From assembly GCA_016188265.1 (NCBI GenBank), contig JACPID010000001.1:1674-65673 (forward strand): a stretch of DNA of 64,000 bases, read 5' to 3'. The notes below the pieces were generated by a model that saw only the letters and a program-made list of their open reading frames with translations, searched no databases and was not told the origin of the DNA. Numbering within the stretch: the first letter of the stretch is position 1; every line of letters starts with the position of its first letter. A program made the position numbers and the translations under genes. The DNA is from Candidatus Woesearchaeota archaeon (GTDB lineage: Archaea; Nanobdellota; Nanobdellia; Woesearchaeales; ARS49). Below, in pieces: positions 27,898 to 37,548 of the stretch.

Positions 27898-28356
27898 TTA
27901 TTGTGTTAGAAGTGTGCTTAATTCTTCTGGTTTGTACTTCCATTCTAAAGGTAATTTCTTTTTTCTTTTAAAGTAATTGGTAAGTCTTTGTATTTTTGAT
28001 TCAGTGAGTTGAAGCCCACGTTTTGCATGCATGTCATGCTTGTTTTTTTCCATGTGTTTTTTGATAAGCATCACTCTCTTCATTAGCAAAGTAATATCTT
28101 CAGGTATTTCTGGCGCTAAATTTTTTTCTTTTAATAATTGAGTTATTGTTTTGCCTGTAAGAAGTTTTACATCAGGAATTCCATAATTATCTCTTAAAGC
28201 AAGGCCTATTTGGCTTGTTGTTTTTCCTTCTTTTGCAAGTTTTGAAATTAATAGCTCTATTTCTTTTTGTTTGTACCTTACCCATGTTGTAGGTTTTGGT
28301 GTTAAGGGTTTATGGCTGCCACTTTTGCCACGAGCTCTGCTGTGCCTTTTTGCCAT
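27898..28356 (-). CDS. rps15: 30S ribosomal protein S15 (uS15, S13e type)
   Basis: MAKRHSRARGKSGSHKP N-terminus and typical length. Confidence 0.8.
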   Translation of the reverse strand: MAKRHSRARGKSGSHKPLTPKPTTWVRYKQKEIELLISKLAKEGKTTSQIGLALRDNYGIPDVKLLTGKTITQLLKEKNLAPEIPEDITLLMKRVMLIKKHMEKNKHDMHAKRGLQLTESKIQRLTNYFKRKKKLPLEWKYKPEELSTLLTQ

Positions 28357-28425
28357 AAACCTTTGAAATTTGATAATATTTATAAAGGTTTTCCTCTTAA
28401 ATAACTGTATAAGAGGTGATATTTT

Positions 28426-28665
28426 ATGAAAAACCAGAAAGTAAAATGTGTTTGTTCATGGACTAATCTTGTTTGGTATTTATTAGGAGTGCTTGTTATT
28501 GGTTTAGGGCTATGGGGAATGCTAAATGCAGTATTGCTACAAGTTTTAGGAGAAACATGGTATTATCCTTGGTTGTGGTATTCTGTAAGTGTATTATTGC
28601 TTTGCGTAGGCAAATGCATGAAATGCAAGCCTTCAGAAGCCTGTCAATTGCACAGGAATATGTAA
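28426..28665 (+). CDS. small membrane protein with Cys-rich termini
   Basis: KCVCSW at the N-terminus, one TM, CVGKCMKCKPSEAC at the C-terminus. Confidence 0.3.
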   Translation: MKNQKVKCVCSWTNLVWYLLGVLVIGLGLWGMLNAVLLQVLGETWYYPWLWYSVSVLLLCVGKCMKCKPSEACQLHRNM

Positions 28666-28685
28666 TAATATAGCAAAGGAATGCA

Positions 28686-29762
28686 TTATAAAACAAACTG
28701 TAATGCATGCCAATCTTCTTTGCCTTGTTTTATTTTAATTTCTTTTTTTAACTTAAATCCTAAGGCTAACTCTATAATTTGTTTTTTATTTTCATGAATA
28801 TATAAAACTATAATTCCTTTTGGAGACAATAATTTTTTAGACTGCTCAAAAAATTGTGAGTATAATTTTATCATTGTTTTGTCATTATTTTTTAGCCAAT
28901 TAGGAGGTTGAGTTATAATACAGTCTATGCTTTGGTCATTAAATTTTAAATCCAACCAGTAAAGGTCTTTTCTACTAAAATTTATAATTTTATTAACTCC
29001 AGCAAGATTTGCATTTTTTTTAGATGATGCTATGTTTTTAAATTGAGGATCAATTGCATAAATAAAAGGATTTGTTTCTTCTTCATTTCTGTCAATATTT
29101 TCTAAAACATTTTTCCAATTGTCATATAACTTTATTTTTGTAAATGCAAAATTATTTTTATTAAAAAAATGCGGTGATTTGTTTTTTGCAATCAGGGCTG
29201 CTTCTATTGGAATTATTCCTGTCCTGCAAAAAGGATCAATGATTTTTTTATTAGCGGAATATTCTGCAATTAAAAGCAGTGAAGCTGCAATATTGCCTCT
29301 TAAGCTATCTGGGCCTAAAAATAATCTATATGCTCTTTTGCCAAGATCAAATCCTGAGATATCTATGCCAAAATAAAATATATTATTTTCAACTATGAAA
29401 TAATAATGAATAATTCCTTGTTTAGGATTATAGCTGCCTTGTATTTTTTTAGCTAAAAGATTTGAAAGCTCAAAGCTTGTAAAAAAGTGCGTTCCTTCTC
29501 TTTGCCCGTTAATTTTAAAGGATTGTTCTGTTTTGAATGATTCAAATTTTTCTAATGGTGTTTTGTCAAAAGAAAATGACTGAATTAATACTATAACCCT
29601 ATTAATTGTTCTTAGCATATAACACAATTCTAAAACTTTTTCGTCAATAACATCACACAAAAGCTTTCCTTCAGAAAGTTCACAATTTAGATTAAACAAA
29701 ACTTTAATCTCCTGAGCACTAATTGCTTCCAGGCCCGGATTGGTTAGAATTAAGATTTTCAT
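28686..29762 (-). CDS. THUMP-domain RNA methyltransferase (tRNA m2G methyltransferase-like)
   Basis: N-terminal THUMP-like region. MTase core with FCRTGIIPIEAALIA and a substrate-binding block ITQPPNW (DPPY/NPPY-like). Confidence 0.55.
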   Translation of the reverse strand: MKILILTNPGLEAISAQEIKVLFNLNCELSEGKLLCDVIDEKVLELCYMLRTINRVIVLIQSFSFDKTPLEKFESFKTEQSFKINGQREGTHFFTSFELSNLLAKKIQGSYNPKQGIIHYYFIVENNIFYFGIDISGFDLGKRAYRLFLGPDSLRGNIAASLLLIAEYSANKKIIDPFCRTGIIPIEAALIAKNKSPHFFNKNNFAFTKIKLYDNWKNVLENIDRNEEETNPFIYAIDPQFKNIASSKKNANLAGVNKIINFSRKDLYWLDLKFNDQSIDCIITQPPNWLKNNDKTMIKLYSQFFEQSKKLLSPKGIIVLYIHENKKQIIELALGFKLKKEIKIKQGKEDWHALQFVL

Positions 29763-32700
29763 CAGGTTCTTCTTGAATAAGTGCTATACTTGTTACTTCA
29801 TCAGGTTCTTCAATTCGTATCACACGAACACCTTGCGTATTTCTTCCTACTGAACTTATGCCTTTAACAGCTGTTCTGATTGTAATTCCATTTTTTGTTA
29901 TTAACATGATCTCATCTCTATCTGAAACTTGTTTTATTCCTATTACTTTTCCATTTTTATCTATTATATTTATGTTGCGCACTCCACTTCCACCCCTATT
30001 TATTAATCTGTACTCAGTGATGGGGGTTCTTTTTCCATAACCCTTTTCTGTTATTGTTAACAATTGTTTAGTTTCATCTGTTGCAACTGCACCAACAACT
30101 TGATCATTTTCTTTAAGTTTTATTCCGATTACTCCTTTAGATGTTCTTCCAGTAGGCCTTATATCTTCTTCACTAAATCTATTTGCTACACCATTTGCTG
30201 TTGCTATCATTATTTGTTTTTGGCCGTCTGTTAGTATGACGCTGATTAATTCGTCATTTTCATCAATTGTTATTGCAGCAATGCCTCCTCTTCTTGGTCT
30301 AGAAAATTCTTCTAGTGATGTCTTTTTTACAGTGCCTAATTTTGTAGTCATGAATACAAATTTATCTGGATTAAACTCAGTTACATTAACATGAGCAGTT
30401 ACTCTTTCGCCAGGTTCAAGCGATAATAAATTTATTATTGCAGTTCCTTTTGCATATCTTCCTGCTTCTGGAATTTGGTAGACTTTAAGCAAATGAACCT
30501 TTCCTTTATTTGTAAAAAATAAAACAGTATCATGAGTGTTGGCAACAAAAATATCTTCAATAAAATCCTCTTCTTTTGTTTCAGCGCCAATAATTCCTTT
30601 TCCACCGCGACGCTGTTGTTTATACATATCAGCAGATAATCTTTTTACATAATTAGCATGAGATATTGTGACAGCCATATTTTCAGATTTTATGATTTGC
30701 TCCTCCTTAAAATCTGCAGTTTCATCAAGAATAATTTGTGTTCTGCGATTATCTCCGTATTTTTCTTTTAAATTATTAAGCTCATCTTTTATTATTCCTA
30801 AAATTCTTTGTTCACTTGCCAATATCTGTCTAAGTTCGTCTATAAGTTTGATCAGTTCTTTATGCTCATCCTTAATTTTTTCTTGTTCAAGGGCTGTTAA
30901 TCGTTGTAAACGCATTTCGAGAATTGATTTAGCTTGAATTTCTGTTAATTGATAATCTTGAACTAAGCCAGTTATTGCTTGCTGTACTTCTTTTGATGCT
31001 TTTATAAGAGAAATTACATCATCAATATTGTTAAGCGCTATTATAATCCCCTCAATAATGTGCGCTCTCTGTTCTGCCTGCCTACAGTCATACTCTGTTC
31101 TTTTACGAACTATGTTTTGTCTATGCTCAATAAATTTTTGAAGTATTTCTTTAAGCGTAAGTATTTTAGGTTGTTGATCATCAAGCGCTAAGAGAATTAT
31201 TCCAAAAGTTTCTTGAAGGCGTGTATAACGGTACAGCTGGTTTAAAACAATATCTTGATTTGCTCCGCTTTTAAGTTCAACAACTATTCTTATTCCTTCT
31301 CTATCACTTTCATCACGCAAATCACTAATGCCTTCAATTCTTTTTTCTTTGACAAGTTCAGCAATATTTTCTATAATCTGAGCTTTATTAACCATATAAG
31401 GAATTTCTGTAATTATTATGCGAAATTTATTTTTATTCTCTTCAATATGTGCTTTTGCTCTTACAGTGATTTTTCCTTTGCCAGTTTCATATGCCTGTTT
31501 TATTCCAGATGATCCGCAAATCAGTGCACCAGTGGGAAAATCAGGGCCTGGTACTTTTTGCATCAACTCATTAACATCTGCACTTGGATTATCAATAAGA
31601 TGAATAACTGCTGAGCATATTTCAACAATATTATGTGGTGGAATGTTTGTTGCCATTCCAACTGCAATGCCTGAACTGCCATTAATAAGTAAATTTGGCG
31701 CTGTGGAAGGCAAGACTGTTGGTTCTTTTCTTGTAGTGTCGTAATTATCAACAAAATTAACTGTTTCTTTTTCTATATCTTCAAGCATTTCTTCTGCTAA
31801 TTTACTAAGTCTTGCTTCGGTGTTATGATTAATAAAACCATTTGCAACAAAAGAATGGCATTTACTGTCTACTTTAATAGAAAATACTTCTTTGAGTTGT
31901 TCTGTTTTTTCAACTTGAATTATTTGGTCAAAATAAAACCTGTTTTTTAATAGCCAATCAATTAACTTCTTGTCTTCTTTATCGATGATTTTTATGAGTT
32001 TCAAATAATTTTTGCTTAATGAATTATATCTGTCTAAATTATTTTTTGACAAAAATTCTTTTGAATACTTGTTTCGTAAATAATCGTTCAAAAAAGGAAT
32101 GAAATCGTACTTGCTCATTCGAGAAGAATTCATGCTGAGTATATTGCTGAGCTTTTTTTTCTTTCTCTCTGAAAAAAATCCAAGTTCTTCATGAAACTTT
32201 TTCAGATTAGCGAATGAAGATACTATTAGTTTTTTGCAATCATTTCTTTTGTCTAAATGAGGAATGTTAGAGACAATTCCAAAATTTAGAAGCGCTATTT
32301 TTAATTGTTTAATTAATTTTTCACTTTTTGAATCATAACAAACCAATAAGTTTTCTCCGCCGTGTCTTTTGTCAAAATGGTGAAGAACTGAGCCGTCTCC
32401 TTCAAATAAAGAAACAAGAAAACTTTGTAAGTCTTCTTTTTTTGACTGCAATACTGAAAATGGGATTTCTTTGCCGTCTGCTTTTGATTCGTTGAAACCT
32501 ATATTCTTTAAGAATAAAACGACCTTTTGCTCGTAAATACTTAATTCAGTGCACTCTCCCTTAATTTTCCTTTCATAAAGTTTTATTCCTTTAAATTGCT
32601 GTTGAATTATTTTTTTAACTTTATTATAAAAGAGTTTATCTTTGTTATTGAATAAAATTTGTTTATTGTGAAAACTTCCTTCACTCACTAATGCGCCAAG

Positions 32701-33513
32701 CAAAAAGGCTAAATTTTTATTCATTATTTTTGGCAGACTAACATTGTTTTTGAACCCATCTTTTGGATAAAAATTTTCTAAATTCAAAGAATCTTCAGAA
32801 AACATGGCGTTTCTATTAATTGTTGCTATATCTCCTTCTTCTAAATTCTCTAAAAGCTTCCAAGAAATTTCCGGCTTAAAATTAAGTCCAACTCTCCAGG
32901 TCAGTATTGGATGATTGTAAGAACCTTCTAATTCGTAACCTGTTTTAGTTTTTATTTTTATTGTTTTGTGCTTGCCTGAATTGAAGAATTTAGAGGCTCT
33001 GTTTATATTTCCATCGTGCGACAATATTTTTAAATTAATTTTTTCTTCTTTTCTTTTTGAAATATCTTTTATTTCTATTAGTCCTTTGTCTGTTTGCAAA
33101 AGAGAATCTCCTGTGATGCAGTAACGATACGCAGCTGCAGAATCCCCGTCGACAGAACCAAAATTTCCTTGTCCTTCAACTAATAGATATCTTAAATTCC
33201 AGGGCTGCGCCATTCTAACAAGAGCGTCATAGACTGCTGTATCTCCATGAGGGTGGAATTTCTTCAAAACATCTCCTATAATACCTGCACATTTTGAGTA
33301 TCTTTTGTTTGAAAGCAGCCCTTCTTGAAACATTGAGTAAAGAATTCTTCTATGAACTGGTTTTAAGCCATCTTTGACATCAGGTAAAGCGCGACCTACG
33401 ATTACTGACATAGAATAAGCTAAATATGCTTTTTTTACCTCATTTTCAATGAGTTTTGGTATGATCTTTCCATCTACAGGCGTTGTAGGCTGCTGGCTTG
33501 TTTCAGTGTCCAT
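29719..33513 (-). CDS. gyrA: DNA gyrase subunit A containing an in-frame intein
   Basis: GyrA N-terminus and catalytic AAAYRY, then C-ITGDSLL...VANGFINHN before [12 protein letters not shown]. GyrA C-terminal beta-pinwheel repeats follow. Confidence 0.85.
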   Translation of the reverse strand: MDTETSQQPTTPVDGKIIPKLIENEVKKAYLAYSMSVIVGRALPDVKDGLKPVHRRILYSMFQEGLLSNKRYSKCAGIIGDVLKKFHPHGDTAVYDALVRMAQPWNLRYLLVEGQGNFGSVDGDSAAAYRYCITGDSLLQTDKGLIEIKDISKRKEEKINLKILSHDGNINRASKFFNSGKHKTIKIKTKTGYELEGSYNHPILTWRVGLNFKPEISWKLLENLEEGDIATINRNAMFSEDSLNLENFYPKDGFKNNVSLPKIMNKNLAFLLGALVSEGSFHNKQILFNNKDKLFYNKVKKIIQQQFKGIKLYERKIKGECTELSIYEQKVVLFLKNIGFNESKADGKEIPFSVLQSKKEDLQSFLVSLFEGDGSVLHHFDKRHGGENLLVCYDSKSEKLIKQLKIALLNFGIVSNIPHLDKRNDCKKLIVSSFANLKKFHEELGFFSERKKKKLSNILSMNSSRMSKYDFIPFLNDYLRNKYSKEFLSKNNLDRYNSLSKNYLKLIKIIDKEDKKLIDWLLKNRFYFDQIIQVEKTEQLKEVFSIKVDSKCHSFVANGFINHNTEARLSKLAEEMLEDIEKETVNFVDNYDTTRKEPTVLPSTAPNLLINGSSGIAVGMATNIPPHNIVEICSAVIHLIDNPSADVNELMQKVPGPDFPTGALICGSSGIKQAYETGKGKITVRAKAHIEENKNKFRIIITEIPYMVNKAQIIENIAELVKEKRIEGISDLRDESDREGIRIVVELKSGANQDIVLNQLYRYTRLQETFGIILLALDDQQPKILTLKEILQKFIEHRQNIVRKRTEYDCRQAEQRAHIIEGIIIALNNIDDVISLIKASKEVQQAITGLVQDYQLTEIQAKSILEMRLQRLTALEQEKIKDEHKELIKLIDELRQILASEQRILGIIKDELNNLKEKYGDNRRTQIILDETADFKEEQIIKSENMAVTISHANYVKRLSADMYKQQRRGGKGIIGAETKEEDFIEDIFVANTHDTVLFFTNKGKVHLLKVYQIPEAGRYAKGTAIINLLSLEPGERVTAHVNVTEFNPDKFVFMTTKLGTVKKTSLEEFSRPRRGGIAAITIDENDELISVILTDGQKQIMIATANGVANRFSEEDIRPTGRTSKGVIGIKLKENDQVVGAVATDETKQLLTITEKGYGKRTPITEYRLINRGGSGVRNINIIDKNGKVIGIKQVSDRDEIMLITKNGITIRTAVKGISSVGRNTQGVRVIRIEEPDEVTSIALIQEEPDENLNSNQSGPGSN
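31822..33120 (-). mobile_element. GyrA intein (433 aa) with LAGLIDADG homing endonuclease domain, inserted right after the catalytic Tyr
   Basis: Splice junctions Y/CITGD and [18 protein letters not shown] blocks [14 protein letters not shown] and [15 protein letters not shown]. Same insertion point as the known Mxe GyrA intein. Confidence 0.8.
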
Positions 33514-33532
33514 TTTCTCAAATTAAGAACAT

Positions 33533-33554
33533 CGATTTTCCGACGAGAAAATCG
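33533..33554. promoter_or_regulatory. perfect 8-bp palindrome 20-40 nt upstream of the gyrA start
   Basis: CGATTTTC-CGACGA-GAAAATCG. Confidence 0.25.
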
Positions 33555-33614
33555 TATTTTTAGAATAATTTTGGTATTTATAAGTATTGCGCTTGTAGAG
33601 TGTAATTTTTACAG

Positions 33615-33833
33615 TTATCTGTCATGTACTATGTTGTCTTTAATAGAATAATTTTTTCCGCAATAAACACATTTCTTATGCTTTTCTGAAAGAGCAAGGT
33701 CTTTTGATTGGTAAAGCATGGTGTTTTTACACCTAGGACATCTTAATTTAATGCGTATCATTTTGTTCATTATCTGTTTGTTCTTGAAAAATTTCTGCTT
33801 TAACTTCACTTTCTGAATTTTTTTCTTTAGCAT
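33615..33833 (-). CDS. small Zn-ribbon protein
   Basis: CPRCKN...CVYCGK. Real start probably the internal MIRIKL. Confidence 0.4.
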   Translation of the reverse strand: MLKKKIQKVKLKQKFFKNKQIMNKMIRIKLRCPRCKNTMLYQSKDLALSEKHKKCVYCGKNYSIKDNIVHDR

Positions 33834-34353
33834 CTTCTAAATGGTTAAGTTTTGAAAACTCCTGTTTTAGTTTTTCTTGATCAATATCAAAATAATCGTA
33901 AAACTTTTGAGTTAATTTTATGAGTTTTGTTCTGCCATATTTTTTTCTAGATACGTAACCTAATTTTTCTAGCTCATTTAAATGATCATATCCTTTATTA
34001 GTACGAATCTTAATTACTTCACTTTGTTTAACAGGTGCTTTGTAAGCAATAACTGCAAGTGTTTCTAAGATGGATTTTGGCAGTTCTGTTTTTGTCACGA
34101 TTTTACGAACAAACTGCAAGTATTCATCTTTAACAGTCAATTGCCAATTATCACTGTCTTGGAAAAGCATTAAAGAACTTCCTTTTTCTTCTAATTCTTT
34201 TTTTAAACCAAGAAGTGTTTGCTTTACTAAATCAATATCTCTAGTATGAGCTAATTTTGCTAATTCTTTAATATCCATTTTTTTGCCAGTAGAAAAAAGC
34301 AGCGATTCAAGCGTGTTTTTCAATTCCTTGGAGGACATATTTTCCGTTTTCAA
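33748..34353 (-). CDS. scpB: segregation and condensation protein B
   Basis: LESLLFSTGKKMDIKELAKL...LETLAVIAYKAPVKQSEVIKIR tandem wHTH typical of ScpB. Confidence 0.7.
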   Translation of the reverse strand: MKTENMSSKELKNTLESLLFSTGKKMDIKELAKLAHTRDIDLVKQTLLGLKKELEEKGSSLMLFQDSDNWQLTVKDEYLQFVRKIVTKTELPKSILETLAVIAYKAPVKQSEVIKIRTNKGYDHLNELEKLGYVSRKKYGRTKLIKLTQKFYDYFDIDQEKLKQEFSKLNHLEDAKEKNSESEVKAEIFQEQTDNEQNDTH

Positions 34354-34882
34354 CGTTCACCCTTTTTTTTTCTTCTAATTTTTTAACAAATGGCAATAAT
34401 TCTGCAGGGGTTAAACCTACTGGTTGGGATAATTCTTCCAGTGTTTTTGGGCCTTGTTTAAGTAAATATACTATGAAGTTATTAAATATTGCTTGAGTAT
34501 TTTGATCCAAAATGTTATTTTGAGCTTTAAAATTTTTAACTATTAAATCTGCTTGATGTACTCTTGCTTGTAGGTCGTTAAGAAAATCATTTAAGTTTAC
34601 TGCATTAAACATCAAATGCTCTGGTGATAATATCTCAATAGAAGAAGGCATTGCATCAAAGCAAAAATTTAGCAGTTCATTTGGTTTTTGAAAAAGTATT
34701 TCAACTTCTGCAAAAGTGCTGAATAGCTTTTGTTGTGGAATAGCTTCATGATAAACTTCTGAGAGCAAATTAGTGCCTTCTTTTTTGAGTTTTTCAATGT
34801 AATTTTTAAGAGTATTTTCAATATACTCTTTTGGCGCTCCAAGTATCTCAATAATAGCTCGAATATGAATAGGTCTATCCAT
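34307..34882 (-). CDS. hypothetical protein with C-terminal wHTH, directly upstream of scpB
   Basis: KTLEELSQPVGLTPAELLPFVKKLEEKKRV wHTH-like. No ScpA GPLDLL motif seen. Confidence 0.35.
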   Translation of the reverse strand: MDRPIHIRAIIEILGAPKEYIENTLKNYIEKLKKEGTNLLSEVYHEAIPQQKLFSTFAEVEILFQKPNELLNFCFDAMPSSIEILSPEHLMFNAVNLNDFLNDLQARVHQADLIVKNFKAQNNILDQNTQAIFNNFIVYLLKQGPKTLEELSQPVGLTPAELLPFVKKLEEKKRVNVENGKYVLQGIEKHA

Positions 34883-35013
34883 TTATGAAAAGGAGTTTTA
34901 AACAATTTATAAAGGTTTTCACAATGCAAATAATTTAATCACTATTCTCTAATGGTGATAAAAGTTTATAAGTTAGGAAATAGTAATTAAAAATAAAGGG
35001 GTGTATAAAGGGC

Positions 35014-35457
35014 ATGCCATTTGATTTTTTAAAGAAGAAAAAAGAGTCTGAACTACCTCCACCGCCGCCACCTCCAGCAGATATTAGCGAATCTGGAGGG
35101 CTTGAATTTCCTGTTATGCCCGATATTCCTCCAATTCATGCAGAAGAAGGGGAATCAGAAGAATTTCACCCATCAGTACGTGAACACCATCCTTTAGAGC
35201 AACTGCCAAAAGTCAAAGCATTAAGAAAACCAACAGAGCCTATTTTTGTTTCTCTTGATGATTTTAAAAAAGTCAATGATCACTTGAATAAAATTCGTTC
35301 AAGAGTAGAAGAAGCAAATACGTTTATTAAAGAACTTGAAAAGTTGCATGATGAAGAAGAAAAAATTGTTGAATCTTGGATAGAGTATGTTCAAGAAGTT
35401 GAGAAAAAATTAACATTAGCAGATGAAATTATTGAAAGTCATGAAAAGAGGCAATAA
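35014..35457 (+). CDS. hypothetical coiled-coil protein with poly-Pro N-terminus (tandem paralog 1)
   Basis: PPPPPPPAD. C-terminal half resembles the next gene (IFVSLDDFKKVN...ESWIEYVQEVE vs VFVKIAEYEKLD...EEWSKEITEVD). Confidence 0.4.
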   Translation: MPFDFLKKKKESELPPPPPPPADISESGGLEFPVMPDIPPIHAEEGESEEFHPSVREHHPLEQLPKVKALRKPTEPIFVSLDDFKKVNDHLNKIRSRVEEANTFIKELEKLHDEEEKIVESWIEYVQEVEKKLTLADEIIESHEKRQ

Positions 35458-35673
35458 ATGGCAGTTTTTGTAAAAATTGCAGAGTATGAAAAATTAGATA
35501 AATTACTTGAAGAAACTAAAGAAAAAATTACAGAAATAAAAGAAACTCTTAGCAATATTGAAGATATAAGGCAAAAGGAAAATGACCAAGTTGAAGAATG
35601 GTCAAAAGAGATAACTGAAGTTGATGAATTAATGAATGAGGTTGATGAATTATTGCTAAGCAACAAAGAGTAA
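35458..35673 (+). CDS. hypothetical coiled-coil protein (tandem paralog 2)
   Basis: Starts 1 nt after the previous stop; similarity to 35014..35457. Confidence 0.4.
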   Translation: MAVFVKIAEYEKLDKLLEETKEKITEIKETLSNIEDIRQKENDQVEEWSKEITEVDELMNEVDELLLSNKE

Positions 35674-35687
35674 ATGAAGAAGAACAT

Positions 35688-36038
35688 TTGTATGTTAATA
35701 TAGAAGATCCAGCTGAATTAAGAAGAAAATTCTTGCTAAGTATTAAAAAAATAGTTCAGAACCAAAAAAAGCATCATGAATTTAAAAAATTAAGAGAACA
35801 AAAATTCAGTCTTTTTAAAAAACTAAATTATCAATTGCTTGAGCTTCGTGATTATACTGTAAAAATAGATAAAACATTTCCAAGCAGTGCATTAAGAAAA
35901 ATAAATGAGATAACACCTGATATTTCTTTAAGAAAAGAGAAAATCAGTGTTAAAAAGCCAGTTGAATCTAAAAGAATTGAGGATATTTTAAGTGAAAAAT
36001 TATATGAAATAGAAAAAAGATTAAATGCTCTTCGTTAA
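35688..36038 (+). CDS. hypothetical basic coiled-coil protein
   Basis: ORF sits in a tightly packed same-strand series. Confidence 0.35.
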   Translation: MYVNIEDPAELRRKFLLSIKKIVQNQKKHHEFKKLREQKFSLFKKLNYQLLELRDYTVKIDKTFPSSALRKINEITPDISLRKEKISVKKPVESKRIEDILSEKLYEIEKRLNALR

Positions 36039-36090
36039 CTATTACTAAAGAACAATAAATAATTTAAATATTTAATTCTAAAAATAATGT

Positions 36091-36711
36091 ATGGGAGATT
36101 TGGAAGAAAGAGTTGAAGAATTATCTTATTTATTAGGTTTTAAAAAAAATCAGGAAAATGCAAAAAGAGTTTGTTTAAAAGATAGATTCAAGTATAAATC
36201 TGAAGTAGGAGGTATTTTATTAAAGCATGATTCAGATTTGTATTTTCATATTGTAAGATCTTATTATGACCGGCTTATTGATTTTTCCCACAAATTTGTC
36301 AAAACAGGCAATAGATGGTATGCAAATAGATTGATTGCTTTGATAAAACAAGATATTAAGATACGTGATTCAGAAGATTATGGCATAATTCAAGATAAAG
36401 AAGCTATTGAATTATTAAGAAATGTAGATGCAAGATACAGGTTTCCTGAAAAAAAATTAATCAAAATGTGTGAAGATATTGCCAGTCGAATTTATCTTCA
36501 AGAAGGCCCAATCAGCATTCCGGAAGATAAAGGCGAAAAATACATGGAATTTCACGTACATACAGGACAACCTCCTTCAAATGCAGATTTAACAAATAAT
36601 AACGAATTAGTCCTATCATACAAACTATTCAACAACTCCAAAGAATTTCATTTTATTACAGCATACTTCATCAACAATGGAGAGTACAAAAAGGCGATAA
36701 CATTCAGATAA
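36091..36711 (+). CDS. hypothetical protein
   Basis: 206-aa ORF. The 3' third has A/C-ending codon usage. Confidence 0.4.
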   Translation: MGDLEERVEELSYLLGFKKNQENAKRVCLKDRFKYKSEVGGILLKHDSDLYFHIVRSYYDRLIDFSHKFVKTGNRWYANRLIALIKQDIKIRDSEDYGIIQDKEAIELLRNVDARYRFPEKKLIKMCEDIASRIYLQEGPISIPEDKGEKYMEFHVHTGQPPSNADLTNNNELVLSYKLFNNSKEFHFITAYFINNGEYKKAITFR

Positions 36712-36754
36712 ATGAAAGTAATACTTAAATACTAGTATTACTTTAATACTTAAT

Positions 36755-36997
36755 ATGACTTTGAAGACTATTAAAAACGTTGATGAAGAAACTTGGTATA
36801 GATTTAAAACTTTGGCAGTAAAGAATAAGCTTGTTATGGGAAAATTATTAGAAAAAATGATAATATCATATGAATCAGAATCAAATAAATTTTGGAAAGA
36901 AGTTCTAGAAGGTGATAAAATACTAAGCGATAAAGAAGCTAAAGATTTGTCAGAGGACCTAGAAAAGTTAAGAAAAGAACATGGGTTTAGATTATGA
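36755..36997 (+). CDS. vapB: VapB-type antitoxin (RHH/CopG-like)
   Basis: Small protein 4-nt-overlapped with the PIN gene; N-terminal beta-strand and helix pattern. Confidence 0.5.
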   Translation: MTLKTIKNVDEETWYRFKTLAVKNKLVMGKLLEKMIISYESESNKFWKEVLEGDKILSDKEAKDLSEDLEKLRKEHGFRL

Positions 36998-37386
36998 TTC
37001 TAGTTCTTGATACTTCAATACTCATAGAATTAGAAAGAAAAAATATATCAGTTATTGAGAAGCTAAGAAAATATGTTGAACTATATCCATCTCCTGCACA
37101 AATAACATTTATGAATTATTTTGAATTTTATCATGGTTTGCAGAATAAAAATATTAAGAATAAGGAAAAGGTTCTCTCTTTTATTAATAAATTTAACATA
37201 CTAAAATTAACTAAAGAAACCGCAAAGTTTCTAAGTGATTTAAAGACCAAATATGATAATCAGGGTATTTCTATTTCATTGGCAGATCTAATAATAGCAA
37301 GTCAAGTTATAGAGAATAATCTTATATTAATAACATTAGATAAAGATTTCGAAAAAATAAAAGAATTAAAAAAGATAATTTTGTGA
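36994..37386 (+). CDS. vapC: PIN-domain ribonuclease VapC toxin
   Basis: MILVLDTSILIE with conserved acidic positions. Ends 1 nt before tRNA-Leu. Confidence 0.65.
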   Translation: MILVLDTSILIELERKNISVIEKLRKYVELYPSPAQITFMNYFEFYHGLQNKNIKNKEKVLSFINKFNILKLTKETAKFLSDLKTKYDNQGISISLADLIIASQVIENNLILITLDKDFEKIKELKKIIL

Positions 37387-37470
37387 TGCAGGAGGCAGGA
37401 TTCGAACCTGCGAAGGCACTAAGCCAACAGCTCTTGAGGCTGCCACGTTTGACCACTTCGCTACTCCTGC
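37387..37470 (-). tRNA. tRNA-Leu (anticodon CAA), no encoded CCA
   Basis: Reverse complement folds as GCAGGAG acceptor, D arm, anticodon stem GCAGC / loop CTCAAGA / stem GCTGT, long variable arm, T arm GCAGG-TTCGAAT-CCTGC, discriminator A. Confidence 0.85.
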
Positions 37471-37548
37471 ATAAAACAAGTAAAAGATCAATAAAATATA
37501 AATGTTTACTTAAAAACCTTTAAATAATTAGAAAAATCTAGTACGTTA

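Noticed and set aside
30668-31754. ORFs antisense to gyrA and its intein (29858..30040, 30668..30937, 31255..31603, 31563..31754)
   Set aside because: They lie entirely inside the well-supported gyrA reading frame on the opposite strand.
35014-37470. Integrase or transposase expected next to tRNA-Leu and the TA pair
   Set aside because: No ORF in the tRNA-adjacent block has tyrosine-recombinase (R..HxxR..Y) or DDE motifs, so no mobile-element call was made.
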